The translations under genes and the position numbers were made by a program. Shown one piece after another: positions 62,485-64,000 of a DNA stretch of 64,000 bases. The first letter of the stretch is position 1, and every line of letters starts with the position of its first letter. This DNA comes from Flectonema sp. DT1601 (Eukaryota): positions 868,001 to 932,000 of the forward strand of contig OZ025787.1 in the NCBI GenBank assembly GCA_964019425.1, written 5' to 3'. The notes under the pieces were generated by a model. The model did no database searches. It had not been told where the DNA came from and saw only the letters and a program-made list of their open reading frames with translations.

Positions 62485-64000
62485 GAAAAATACTTATTAG
62501 AAAGTTTTTTTTTTTTTGTACTTTATCTTTTGGGTAGTGCTGAGGTATGGGAAACGGTTTAAGGCCCAGTCTATATTATATTATTATACAGAATTATTCT
62601 TTCCTTTTCTCTTTTTTTTTTTTTTCTCTCCCTTTTGCCTCATGCAAAAAGATTAGCAAGATGATGTCGTGGGAAGCTATGGGTGTTCAAGAATCCAATA
62701 ATATTGTACTAAGGAGGCATTGAGACAAAGAAACAAGTTGCACTCAGTACCACAAATCATGGTCACAATACACTTAAAAAGAACAGTCGGTTCTGTTCAT
62801 TGATCGAGGGCAATATGTACATATATTTTTTTTAAGTAGTATTCACTACATAAATGGGTAATTAACACGAAGACAGTCGGGAGGCAGTGGGATCAATCGT
62901 CCTTTTTTTATATTTTAAATAGGGTAGGTGAGTTAATTAGAAGGTAAAATATTTTAAGGGTAGGATGGGGTAGGTGAAAAAAGATTATCGGGGTCTCCCA
63001 CCTTGTAAGTGAACTAACTGCCTGTAGGAACAGGTTGTCACTCCGAGACATGTGGCATGACATAGTACTTAAGCTACTCTGTCAAACTTTTTGCAGTTTT
63101 CGAAAGTAGCGCTCCACTCCCAGAATAGCAATTAGCTTCACGAGCTAGGCCAGGTGAGGTGCGGGTGAAAATTTAGGTGTTTTTTTTTTTTTCTTTCTTT
63201 TTTTTTAATACTTTTTTTCTTTTTTCTCTTATTTTTCCCATATCATTTTTCTAATTGTACTCGCTGTAGATGATGCAACTCAATTCCACGCATTAACATG
63301 GGTCGTGAACCGTACAAACAACGTAGTTAGTTAACTTTTCTAGTTGATACAATGACTGCGTGCTAGCGAAGGAAGTTTCACAAATTTGAAAGAACTTGAA
63401 TTTTCAAAAATTTATTTTTAAAAAAAAAAAAATAAAACAACAACAATAATAATTAAAAAAAAAATAATAATCTCATATTAAAAAATTAACTCTTCAGGAA
63501 ATTTAAGAGGTAGAAGATCATGTCAGTCCTTTGGGTGTGAGAATCAGAACTTAACCAGGGGATTTTCTTTTTGCTATCGGGCCCTCCAGATTCCAAAACG
63601 AAGAATAAGTTTCTTCGGGTGGGCTACTTTGCTTGGCCTCAAATTTAAAGAAAGCTTTGAACATAGAATACAATTATCTTCTCTTTATTTACTTACTTTT
63701 TTTTTTTTTTTTTTCCCTATTCAGAAGTTTTTTCACATGCCACCGAATAAATTCTTTTCGTGTCGCCGTTAAAAAGAAAAAAAAATTAAAGAAGGGGGGG
63801 AAAGAGCTGGGGAAGAACAGTGACTTCGGTGTGCTATTTAACTTCCGAATCATGTGTATCTTAACGCACTGGAACACAAGATTTAAGTTCACCTGTTCTT
63901 GTATTTACGTGGGGTGACTCATTCTGTTGCCATACAAGCAGGTTCACACTTCAATTTGTTCCTCGTCGTTTTTTTTTTTTATTTTTTTATATATCTCCTC

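Overview
AT-rich eukaryotic (protist) nuclear DNA. All ~19 credible protein genes lie on the minus strand in one unidirectional cluster. Several have U-rich orphan AG acceptors just upstream of the ATG, and many contain short GT-AG cis introns. I infer a euglenozoan, most plausibly diplonemid-like, with polycistronic transcription plus trans- and cis-splicing; the taxon is not proven. Manual splicing joins the fragmented ORFs into an LRRC51 homolog, cathepsin L, a sulfotransferase, a DHHC-type PAT, a ~4270-aa FN3-repeat giant, an LRR-IQ protein, PP2C and COG3; SRR1, pectin-acetylesterase-like and CCCH genes appear single-exon. Three observations stand out. (1) All 14 ordinary cis introns lack a polypyrimidine tract and have U-rich 5' ends and A-rich 3' ends that can often pair, the opposite of the putative trans-splice acceptors. 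(2) An 890-bp hairpin-rich insertion in cathepsin L has a perfect 20-bp target-site duplication starting with AG|GT, so it could be spliced out exactly as a new intron. (3) A 147/131-bp hairpin-containing tandem repeat family occurs as two arrays, both inside introns.
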